DNA of 50,207 bases, taken from positions 1 to 50,207 of IMG/VR virus record IMGVR_UViG_3300024310_000011. One strand, 5' to 3'. The position numbers and the translations under genes are program-made. Positions 37,157-45,045 of this stretch are shown in pieces. The notes under the pieces are model-generated. The model did not search any database and had not been told where the DNA came from. It saw only the letters and a list, made by a program, of their open reading frames with translations. This DNA comes from a virus. Its lineage: Duplodnaviria; Caudoviricetes. Within the stretch, counting starts at the first letter, position 1; each line of letters opens with the position of its first letter.

Positions 37157-38285
37157 TACACAACTCAAACTCGTGTTAGTCTTCGCACAAAAGATGTCTG
37201 GCTTAGGTATACGAACAAAGTTCTCCCACGTGGAAGACGGCCCGGTGCTCACTGTGTACTACTACACACCAGACGCCTCACTCCCCGTAGCAAAACTTCT
37301 AAAACACGAAGAAGACTTCGCGCTGGCCGCCGGTGTGGATAAAGTAAACATCACTCGTATAGGTGGGTATGTCGCTATATTCGTACCGAAGCCACCATCC
37401 GAGAGACGTATCGTCGATTTCAAAGACGTAGCATACCACTGTTACCAACACCGCCACGAATACGACGTACCACTGTGTCTCGGCATCGACCACCTCGGTA
37501 ACAAAGCAATAATCGAATTGACACAACAACCGCATGTCTTGATAGGTGGACAAACAGGATCAGGTAAATCGGTATTCCTAAAAAACATAATCGCCAACAT
37601 CATCATTTCCAAATCTATGAGCGAGGTTGTCTTCTCATTCATTGACACGAAACGTCTTGACTTGCCACTGTTTCAAGACTGTCCACAAGTGTTGGATATT
37701 GCTAAAACAGTAAAGGATGCCTATGATATCTTTAAAAATCTGTTACGGGAATGTGAACTTCGATATAAAAATCTCGAATCTAAACGTAAATCTAGTCTTC
37801 ACGAGTGGAACGAGGCTTTTCCAGAGAATCGTTATCACTACTACGTGCTTGTTGTTGACGAACTTGCTGACCTACTTATGCAGGATAAAGAGTTTAGAGA
37901 TGATCCAAGTAACGAATCTTGGATCGAGTCCGAAGGTGTTAAACCTATACCGTTTTATCTGCAACGACTCGTCCAAATAAGCCGCGCCGCCGGAATCCAC
38001 ATGATCGCCGGAACACAACGACCGTCGCACAAGATACTAAGTGGCGACATAAAGAATAACTTCCCGTGTCGTATCGGTATGAAAGTGCCAACGCATTTCG
38101 ATTCGCAGGTAATACTAGGTGAGCAGGGGGCGGAGTGTCTCTTGGGCAAGGGTGACATGTTGATGAAACAAGGTGATAGTGATGTAGTACATCGTTACCA
38201 CGGCCCTCTCGTAAAGATCAACGACATCAACATGATCCTGAATGACTTGGATACAATGAGGAGTTATATGGAGATTGAGAAATGA
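37143..38285 (+). CDS. ftsK: FtsK/SpoIIIE motor-domain ATPase (no TM or gamma domain)
   Basis: PHVLIGGQTGSGKS, VVDELADL, RAAGIHMIAGTQRPS, GAECLLGKGDML; GTG start after GGAG. Confidence 0.92.
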   Translation: MQPNDTQLKLVLVFAQKMSGLGIRTKFSHVEDGPVLTVYYYTPDASLPVAKLLKHEEDFALAAGVDKVNITRIGGYVAIFVPKPPSERRIVDFKDVAYHCYQHRHEYDVPLCLGIDHLGNKAIIELTQQPHVLIGGQTGSGKSVFLKNIIANIIISKSMSEVVFSFIDTKRLDLPLFQDCPQVLDIAKTVKDAYDIFKNLLRECELRYKNLESKRKSSLHEWNEAFPENRYHYYVLVVDELADLLMQDKEFRDDPSNESWIESEGVKPIPFYLQRLVQISRAAGIHMIAGTQRPSHKILSGDIKNNFPCRIGMKVPTHFDSQVILGEQGAECLLGKGDMLMKQGDSDVVHRYHGPLVKINDINMILNDLDTMRSYMEIEK

Positions 38286-38527
38286 CAACATTCTTGTTTT
38301 ATTTTGCATGTTTTTATGCAGTGGTATCAACTGGCACAATGATAGTATCAATTTGTTTTTTGCCGATGCTAATGCATCATTCAAAGTATCAAAGACTTAG
38401 ATTTCGTTTCCATTGGAAATATTATGACTTTTGGATTGGATTGTTCTATGATAATAAAAAACAATCAGTTTGGTTAGGGTTGTTTCCAATGTTAATGTTA
38501 CACATCTGGCTGGAGGACGTTCTGTGA
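38282..38527 (+). CDS. Small membrane protein
   Basis: TM helix; YDFWIGLFYD motif. Confidence 0.65.
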   Translation: MTTFLFYFACFYAVVSTGTMIVSICFLPMLMHHSKYQRLRFRFHWKYYDFWIGLFYDNKKQSVWLGLFPMLMLHIWLEDVL

Positions 38528-38859
38528 CCCACACCAATCCTGAATTTCTATACGAACTCAAAATCGCCGTCGCTGCGCTGATGCGGGCTTGCTACGAAGT
38601 AATTGGCGCGTGCTCTCAGATTGAGTACTCGATACGATTACTAGACAAAAACCCTGGCGAAGCCAGTGCTGCCAGATGCGCGCCTAGTCCAGTATCAGAT
38701 GGTGCAGTAACACTAACCACTGCCGCTGATAGGAACCCGCCGTTCACACCAGCTAAGAAGCCCCCCACAACCAAAGGCGACCCCCTAGCCGAACTAGCCG
38801 CACAAATGTCGCCGGGGGACAGGGAGAAATTAATTGCGGTGATGGAGGGAAAGAAATGA
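38524..38859 (+). CDS. Hypothetical protein
   Basis: GGAGG RBS, GTG start. Confidence 0.7.
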   Translation: MTHTNPEFLYELKIAVAALMRACYEVIGACSQIEYSIRLLDKNPGEASAARCAPSPVSDGAVTLTTAADRNPPFTPAKKPPTTKGDPLAELAAQMSPGDREKLIAVMEGKK

Positions 38860-39122
38860 ATTACATTTTTCCTGTATGGAAATCTTGTGACAAAACAAAG
38901 CCTGAAATAAGAAAACCTATTCTTATGAAAGGTGATTCAGGTTATATAGAACCACATGGTACACTTTACATAAGTGGCTACTATGATCCTGAATATCGTC
39001 CAAGATCACCTTGGCTTGATAGTCAATCTAGTTGTGTCTCTGACTGTGGATTAACACCAACACATTGGTGTTATATTGAAGATTTGGAATGGTTACTGAC
39101 AACAGATTTTAGTGGTATGTAA
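38856..39122 (+). CDS. DUF551-like small phage protein
   Basis: WKSCDKTKP...PTHW. Confidence 0.65.
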   Translation: MNYIFPVWKSCDKTKPEIRKPILMKGDSGYIEPHGTLYISGYYDPEYRPRSPWLDSQSSCVSDCGLTPTHWCYIEDLEWLLTTDFSGM

Positions 39123-39123
39123 T

Positions 39124-39336
39124 ATGCCAAAACGTAAACGCCACTACGTCTATTGCAAGGCCGGGTTGCACCTATTGCCGCCACCACACGTGGCTCCTGG
39201 CACAAAGAACTCGCGTGGCATGAAAAAACACCCGCGTCTTGTAGGAGATCGTGGTCGTATATATGTGGCGAGACAGTGCTCATTCTGCCTCCGGGCGGGT
39301 GTAAAAAGTACACGATCTCGTAAGTTGTTGACTTAA
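39124..39336 (+). CDS. Basic Cys/His protein
   Basis: CKAGLH...RQCSFC. Confidence 0.5.
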   Translation: MPKRKRHYVYCKAGLHLLPPPHVAPGTKNSRGMKKHPRLVGDRGRIYVARQCSFCLRAGVKSTRSRKLLT

Positions 39337-39387
39337 AACGACAAACGGGTATTGACCGACAGGCAACCTCTGTGTCAGACTGTCCCT

Positions 39388-39621
39388 ATGCCCACGACCC
39401 CCAAAAAACACGACCGTATACTCATCAAAATATCAGTAGAAGACAAGAAAGAAATACGGTCGTCAATAGAAGACGGGGAGTTGAGCGAAGTAACTCGAAT
39501 CCTACTACTAATGTATGCTCGTGATCCCGTCTTACAAGTAAAAGTTCAGATGCTACAGAAGCCGAAAAAAGCTAAATCAAACAACATAGATTATTCGAAT
39601 ATCAATTGGCAGAATCCTTAG
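39388..39621 (+). CDS. Ribbon-helix-helix-like regulator, probably leaderless
   Basis: RILIKIS strand plus two helices (LSEVTRILL); TTGACC-N18-CAGACT ends 7 nt before the ATG. Confidence 0.6.
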   Translation: MPTTPKKHDRILIKISVEDKKEIRSSIEDGELSEVTRILLLMYARDPVLQVKVQMLQKPKKAKSNNIDYSNINWQNP

Positions 39622-39633
39622 AAACGAGTCAAC

Positions 39634-39798
39634 ATGACAAACTGCAACAAATGTCTCGACAACGAACACGAACACGTTTGTGATTGTGGACATACGCACC
39701 AACAACACGTATTCGCATCTGGCTGTACTGTCAAAGTAAAAGGTAAGCCGTGTGAGTGTGAACGATACAGCCAGAAGAAGCTACGTAAAGCAGCCTAG
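39634..39798 (+). CDS. 54-aa Cys/His-rich protein
   Basis: CNKC...CDCGH...H...C...CEC. Confidence 0.65.
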   Translation: MTNCNKCLDNEHEHVCDCGHTHQQHVFASGCTVKVKGKPCECERYSQKKLRKAA

Positions 39799-39827
39799 TA
39801 ACAAAATCCATCCTACAAAGAGAAACT

Positions 39828-40466
39828 ATGCCAGACATCCCCACAATACCGACACTATGTTACCTGTGTCTTGCTGATGCGACGCCACAAGAGATGCAGG
39901 GTCTTGAATTACGCGTGAACTGTACAAAGTGTGGCCGCCCCTACTGTGAGAAGCACGCTTCGATACTTGACGCCACCTATTGTAACGGCTGTTTAAACGA
40001 CTTCCAAGTAACAAAACAAGACTTCATTTGTGCCGGTGTGGAGACAAGCCACAAACTCGACCACCACGGTCGTGTTGTCACGAATGAAAACGGCGAACCG
40101 ATTATAGTACGCCGTCCCTACCAAACAAAGTCGAAGCAGATAATACTGTTTGGAAACGACTGGTTGTTTGCCGAACTGAAGATGTCCGAGATGTCCGAAG
40201 AACAGTGTGACGTGGCATTAGAATGGCATCGAGCACATGTATCCTATCTCGAACAGTGTATCACGCAGCATCGCATCACCAAGGCGCATAAACTAGCCCA
40301 AGTGCGTGTACCACACGCGGTTCGTACAGAGAAGAAAGCTAAGGAAAAGAAAGAGAAGTCACTAGAGATGCTCGCTCAATCGCTAAAGAGCATGTCACCA
40401 AACGACCTGGCCGCACTAATGCAACGACTACAAGAGAGTGTGGCGGGAGGGGGGAAGAAGTTGTGA
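39828..40466 (+). CDS. Zn-finger protein
   Basis: CYLC...CTKCGRPYCEKH...CNGC. Confidence 0.75.
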   Translation: MPDIPTIPTLCYLCLADATPQEMQGLELRVNCTKCGRPYCEKHASILDATYCNGCLNDFQVTKQDFICAGVETSHKLDHHGRVVTNENGEPIIVRRPYQTKSKQIILFGNDWLFAELKMSEMSEEQCDVALEWHRAHVSYLEQCITQHRITKAHKLAQVRVPHAVRTEKKAKEKKEKSLEMLAQSLKSMSPNDLAALMQRLQESVAGGGKKL

Positions 40467-40894
40467 GCAAAACAGGATGGATAGGTGTTGATTTAGATGG
40501 GACACTTGCTGAATATCATGGGTGGGTTAATACTTTCCACATAGGAAAACCTATACAACCAATGGTAATTCGCGTCAAGCAATGGCTTGCTGAAGGAATA
40601 GAAGTAAGAATTTTCACAGCTCGTGTTGATGGTGGTGGTGCAGCAAGTAAAATGGGGATTGATCCTGAAACCGTGCAGCGATATGAAAATGTGCAGGCAA
40701 TCACTGAAATGATTGAAGCATGGTGTATTGAACACATAGGAGTAAAACTCGTAGTTACTAACAAAAAAGATTACGGCATGATTGAACTCTGGGATGATCG
40801 TTGTGTTCAAGTAGTTCCTAATACAGGAAAAACTATTGCAGAATTTCATGGAGTTGACGAGGCTGAGTCAGTAAAACGTCATTTAAAACTATGA
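40463..40894 (+). CDS. HAD-family phosphatase (PNK-phosphatase/nucleotidase-like)
   Basis: VDLDGTL, IFTAR, K...WDDR. Confidence 0.88.
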   Translation: MSKTGWIGVDLDGTLAEYHGWVNTFHIGKPIQPMVIRVKQWLAEGIEVRIFTARVDGGGAASKMGIDPETVQRYENVQAITEMIEAWCIEHIGVKLVVTNKKDYGMIELWDDRCVQVVPNTGKTIAEFHGVDEAESVKRHLKL

Positions 40895-41952
40895 ATGATT
40901 TCAACTTTGTAAAACACATTTCCGATACAGAAGTCGAGCTTTACTGTGACCACCACATACTATCCGCACTTCGCAAGTGTGAAGGGTACTTCGTAGAGAA
41001 TATCCTGAATAGAAGCGTTCGAGGAAGAGGTTGGCCGTTTGATTTTGGTATCTGGATTCACAGTTGTATCGAGTACATGTATATGAACCCGGTGCAACGT
41101 GTGTTGAAGTGGCAAACAGAATTCAAAGCCACACAAGTAACAAAAGACGCTACCGCCCGCTATTGTAGCGCACCTGAACTAGTGGACTACGGCGCATCAC
41201 TATGGAACAAAATGGAGTTTCAAAAATATCATGCCACACACAAGCAATACACGGCGTTCGGTGGGTTCTCAGGTGCAGCTAAAATGCTGCTACACTATTG
41301 GCAAATGTATGGAGAAACTAGAGAACCTTTACAAATTGTCGGAACAGAATGCGCTTTCGGCGGAGCAAGAGAGTGCTTTATTGGGGAATTTAATCACTCT
41401 GGAATCAGTGTTAAATGCTATTATTCGGGACGCATAGATGTTATAGTGGACGATGGCGTATCATTGGGGGTGATGGATACTAAATCCACCAATAAGTACG
41501 ACGGCAATGAACTTACTAACTTCACCCCCCACGATGGAATGATGGGCTACGTGTTCGCACTCCGTCATATACTAAAGTCCCAATTTGGCGACCACTACAC
41601 CGGACGACCTTGCAATCGCGTCATCATAAACCACGTCCAAGTCAGCGACGCGAAGAACTACAAAGACCGTTTTAAACGGACGCCGATCACCTATACACTG
41701 GAACAACTAGACGAATGGCGGGAACGTCAGTTACGTAGTTTTAAGAAACTTTACGAGATTACTGTCTTAGGTCAAATGGCGGACTGGAACACAGAGTTGT
41801 GCTCGCATTGGTACTTTAAGAGTCCTTGCCCTTATCAAGAAATTCACAGACAAACGCCATCGAGTAGGGAGACAATACGACGAGCACAGTATATTCAGTT
41901 AGAGAAGTGGAGTCCATACAAAGATGCGGTGATGAAGGAGGTGGAAAAATGA
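40891..41952 (+). CDS. PD-(D/E)XK exonuclease (RecB/Cas4-like)
   Basis: GIWIH, TE, GRIDVI, DTKST, C-terminal C...CPY. Confidence 0.85.
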   Translation: MNDFNFVKHISDTEVELYCDHHILSALRKCEGYFVENILNRSVRGRGWPFDFGIWIHSCIEYMYMNPVQRVLKWQTEFKATQVTKDATARYCSAPELVDYGASLWNKMEFQKYHATHKQYTAFGGFSGAAKMLLHYWQMYGETREPLQIVGTECAFGGARECFIGEFNHSGISVKCYYSGRIDVIVDDGVSLGVMDTKSTNKYDGNELTNFTPHDGMMGYVFALRHILKSQFGDHYTGRPCNRVIINHVQVSDAKNYKDRFKRTPITYTLEQLDEWRERQLRSFKKLYEITVLGQMADWNTELCSHWYFKSPCPYQEIHRQTPSSRETIRRAQYIQLEKWSPYKDAVMKEVEK

Positions 41953-42332
41953 GAGTACTAATATGTGGCGATCGTAATTGGGACGATTACGTAGCAGTCC
42001 GAGATACCCTTAAAGTATTCAAAGAAACTTCTGGAGTCTCTTGTGTTATAGAAGGTGAAGCATCTGGAGCCGACTCATTCGGACGTATTGCAGCGGAAGA
42101 ATTGGGTATTCCAATAGAGAAGTATCCAGCTAATTGGACTAAGTATGGTAAAGGTGCCGGCCCAATACGTAATCAACAAATGCTTGATGAAGGTAAACCT
42201 GTTCTTGTGTTGGCTTTTCACGATAAACTACAAGAGAGTAAAGGTACTAAAGATATGGTACTGCGTTCACAAAAAGCTGGCATCAAAACAATTCACTACT
42301 ACCATATACTTGGTAGAACGGAGTTTGTATGA
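41949..42332 (+). CDS. DUF2493 / YspA-like SLOG protein
   Basis: VLICGDR, GEASGAD, AGPIRNQQML, SKGT. Confidence 0.88.
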   Translation: MRVLICGDRNWDDYVAVRDTLKVFKETSGVSCVIEGEASGADSFGRIAAEELGIPIEKYPANWTKYGKGAGPIRNQQMLDEGKPVLVLAFHDKLQESKGTKDMVLRSQKAGIKTIHYYHILGRTEFV

Positions 42333-42526
42333 GCGAACACAACAAAACCACGGAGAAAGTAGTTCCACTACCTGATACCATGAAAGTGTCCCAAGCCATC
42401 ACCATGATCGAGGATATGCAGATTGAAGCTCGTTTCATTACGAAGCAACTTCGTGAACTGAACAACGAACAACGAGCGATGTTGGCAAGGTTGAATAAAC
42501 TGCGGATGATGTTGGAGGCGAAGTGA
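42329..42526 (+). CDS. Coiled-coil hypothetical protein
   Basis: ATGA overlap. Confidence 0.65.
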   Translation: MSEHNKTTEKVVPLPDTMKVSQAITMIEDMQIEARFITKQLRELNNEQRAMLARLNKLRMMLEAK

Positions 42527-42687
42527 CAGTACTAGAGTAGTACAACCAACTGAAAGACCTTCCAAACGACTCTACTGTAGAAATCTCTTACAGAGTAAAA
42601 GGTTATTATCCAGACGATTCTGACGTTTACTATGTAAAAGCCGACACAGTAAGACAGAAAGATTCAAATACCGTCGTAATAGAATAA
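42523..42687 (+). pseudogene. Small gene interrupted by TAG at codon 6
   Basis: GGAGG RBS; MTVLE*YNQLKDLPNDSTV... Confidence 0.6.
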
Positions 42688-42703
42688 CAAAGGACACCCA
42701 AAG

Positions 42704-43510
42704 ATGATCCAAAACACCAAAAGAGCCGTTGACATCAAGTTTGAGCGTATGAAGATTGCTATAGTCGGTGCGCCCAAGGTGGGAAAAGATTGGTTTGCGA
42801 ACACTGTACCCGGCGAGATATTCAATTTCGATTTCGATGACCGACTTTACTCCCTTGCAAAGCATCCTAACAGACAACACATAGAAGGTAAAACGTACTA
42901 TGACACCGATCCGATGAATCCAACCGCATGGGTTACATTCGAGTCTGATGTCGCAGAGTTTCAGGAAATGAAGTCCAAGGGTGAACCGATACCAGACTGG
43001 TTCGTCCTATCATCCATGCAGTTTGTGAGTGACATGTGCCAGAACTACATACTGTACAACAACCCAGGTATGCGTACCGAGATATACGAGTCCCGTACTG
43101 CTGTACAGAAGCAAGGTCAAGGTAGTGGCAAAGTAATCGCCTACAGTCCCTTTGGATGGGAACCCTACAACACAGTAATCGAATGCGTGATGAACAATAT
43201 CAACGCACTGCACTCAATCGGTAATTTGATATGCGTATTTCACGAGACGGCAGAGAAGGACAAGATGTCGTCTACACCCAAGAACCCTGTGTACACCGGC
43301 AAGTTGAGCGTCTACCCGGCCAACCTACAGAAACTCCTACCGTTGTTTAACGACATGCTGCGTGTTAAAGTGGAGAACAACACTCGCAAGGTGATTACTG
43401 ATTGTAGTGACTACGTGTTTGACGGGGCGACAAGTATGCTACTAGATTCAGAAGAGACCGCCGATCTTTCAGAAATGCTGAAAAAACATGAAGAACGGTT
43501 GCATAAGTAA
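42704..43510 (+). CDS. AAA_24 / Sak4-like ATPase
   Basis: GAPKVGKD Walker A; between the exonuclease and SSB. Confidence 0.8.
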   Translation: MIQNTKRAVDIKFERMKIAIVGAPKVGKDWFANTVPGEIFNFDFDDRLYSLAKHPNRQHIEGKTYYDTDPMNPTAWVTFESDVAEFQEMKSKGEPIPDWFVLSSMQFVSDMCQNYILYNNPGMRTEIYESRTAVQKQGQGSGKVIAYSPFGWEPYNTVIECVMNNINALHSIGNLICVFHETAEKDKMSSTPKNPVYTGKLSVYPANLQKLLPLFNDMLRVKVENNTRKVITDCSDYVFDGATSMLLDSEETADLSEMLKKHEERLHK

Positions 43511-43929
43511 TGGAGGCGGCGATGGCAAATAGCGGACGGTGCAAGAAGTGTGGCGAGTTGGCGTGGCACGCTAATCATTCCGTGAATCACGATTTCGAGC
43601 CCGAGCCCATCTCAGGCGAAGCGTCCCCGCTTTGCACATTGACTGGGCATGAGTGCGGAACTGATACCGTGATGAAAGGCCACACCTGCCCAGACGAACG
43701 GAACCATTTCCAGTGTCCAAAAGTTAATTGGGCGGCGGGCGGAGCATCCACGGGGGAGCAGCCGCCTAAGTGTGTGTATTGTCAAGAAACTGATAAATAC
43801 ATGCCAGCGCAACTGTTTAATAACCGTGATGAAAAAGGTTGGAGACACGTTGTAATCGGAGGACTTGGGACTGTTGTGTGCTACGCGGCCCCGTCCCGTG
43901 AGCGGCACAGAGGAAAGCGCGGCAGATAA
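43510..43929 (+). CDS. Cys/His-rich hypothetical protein
   Basis: CKKC...H...HDF; GHECGTDT...C; CVYC. Confidence 0.6.
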   Translation: MEAAMANSGRCKKCGELAWHANHSVNHDFEPEPISGEASPLCTLTGHECGTDTVMKGHTCPDERNHFQCPKVNWAAGGASTGEQPPKCVYCQETDKYMPAQLFNNRDEKGWRHVVIGGLGTVVCYAAPSRERHRGKRGR

Positions 43930-44074
43930 GTACATTCGCTTACTAAAATGGTTCAAACTCTTCTACGGTTTCTTCCAAGAAGATGTCAAAGGACGTCCAT
44001 CTGCTGCTGCGTCTGCACTATCAAAGGATGCTGAACTACAAGAATTCGTGAAAGAAGCAAACGAGTGTAAGTAG
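43865..44074 (+). CDS. Hypothetical protein (start uncertain)
   Basis: Fills the gap before a terminator-like hairpin. Confidence 0.45.
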   Translation: MGLLCATRPRPVSGTEESAADKYIRLLKWFKLFYGFFQEDVKGRPSAAASALSKDAELQEFVKEANECK

Positions 44075-44081
44075 TAACAAC

Positions 44082-44127
44082 CTATTCGTTAAATTAGAGT
44101 CGCAGACTCCCTGACGAATAGTTTTTT
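44082..44127 (+). terminator. Terminator-like hairpin directly before the SSB RBS
   Basis: ctattcgtta/tgacgaatag stem plus tttttt. Confidence 0.55.
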
Positions 44128-44143
44128 GAAGGAGACAACTACA

Positions 44144-44617
44144 ATGGCAAAGATGTCGTTTAGCAAAGACTCACTAACCAAAAAGCTCGTCCCAGGTGGC
44201 ATTTACACACTGCATATGGGAGGCTTTAAACCAACTATCTCAAAGTCGAATGCGGATAATGTAAATCTAAATCCTCAACTAAAGATAGTTAATAACAAAG
44301 ATTTCACTGGTAAACCTGTGTTTGTATCACTTCCACGTTCTGAAGGATGGATGATACAAGATTTTGTTCACGCTCTTGGACAGGAAATGGAACCTGATGG
44401 AAGTATGCCCGGAGAATGGGAATTTCCAGTACAAGCCCAGCCGACTACTTGGCGTTATAAAGGCCCACTCTTGGGAAAAACAATGCAAGCCGAATTAGTT
44501 GAAACTACTTTCAATGGAAATCCTCAGTTGAAGGTAAAACAATTCATATGCGCCGTGAAAGACTGCAAGACGAAGTACCCGGACGTGGTGCATAGTACGA
44601 ATATGGTGAAAGGATGA
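44144..44617 (+). CDS. DUF669-like single-stranded DNA-binding protein
   Basis: VPGGIY...SKS...LLGK...NxxKQF OB-fold pattern; AAGGAG RBS. Confidence 0.7.
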   Translation: MAKMSFSKDSLTKKLVPGGIYTLHMGGFKPTISKSNADNVNLNPQLKIVNNKDFTGKPVFVSLPRSEGWMIQDFVHALGQEMEPDGSMPGEWEFPVQAQPTTWRYKGPLLGKTMQAELVETTFNGNPQLKVKQFICAVKDCKTKYPDVVHSTNMVKG

Positions 44618-44844
44618 AACAGTTTTACTCCAGTAAGCCTGTTGAAAGACAGAACAGTAGAATTATGATGGTAACATCCAGTATTAAACTTGCTTTTACT
44701 GTATTCTACTGCCTTGCTGGAGTCAGCAAGATGCCGTGATGAGCGGCTGTAGCCGTTAGGGGTTGTGACATGGCACCCTCTCCACCTACTACAAATAGAC
44801 TACTACTGTGAACTAACGGGGTGGTGGTCTTCTTATAAAGAGCT

Positions 44845-45045
44845 ATGACAATAAGAGAGCTAACCGAAAAATTTATGTTTGCACAAAACGCTGTACAAAA
44901 CATAAATTATTGTCTACTTGCAGGAAGTGAAAAGGTTCGCATCGAGAAAATTTATGACGAATTAATGAATCTGTGGGTTGACATCGAGAAACTATCAGAA
45001 GAACACAGAAGACTAAAGGTAGTTAACTACGAAAGCCCAAAATGA
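44845..45045 (+). CDS. Hypothetical protein
   Basis: ATGA coupling to the next gene. Confidence 0.6.
   Translation: MTIRELTEKFMFAQNAVQNINYCLLAGSEKVRIEKIYDELMNLWVDIEKLSEEHRRLKVVNYESPK

Noticed and set aside
40891-41952. Cas4 implying a CRISPR system
   Set aside because: The exonuclease-AAA_24-SSB context indicates an ordinary phage recombination nuclease
42538-42540. TAG stop-codon reassignment
   Set aside because: Many well-bounded genes end in TAG (e.g. at 447, 29331, 47790), large genes are unbroken, and no suppressor tRNA is seen
44719-44788. tRNA-like element (GGAG...CTCCACC)
   Set aside because: Acceptor stem incomplete; no TTCRA T-loop or D-loop consensus
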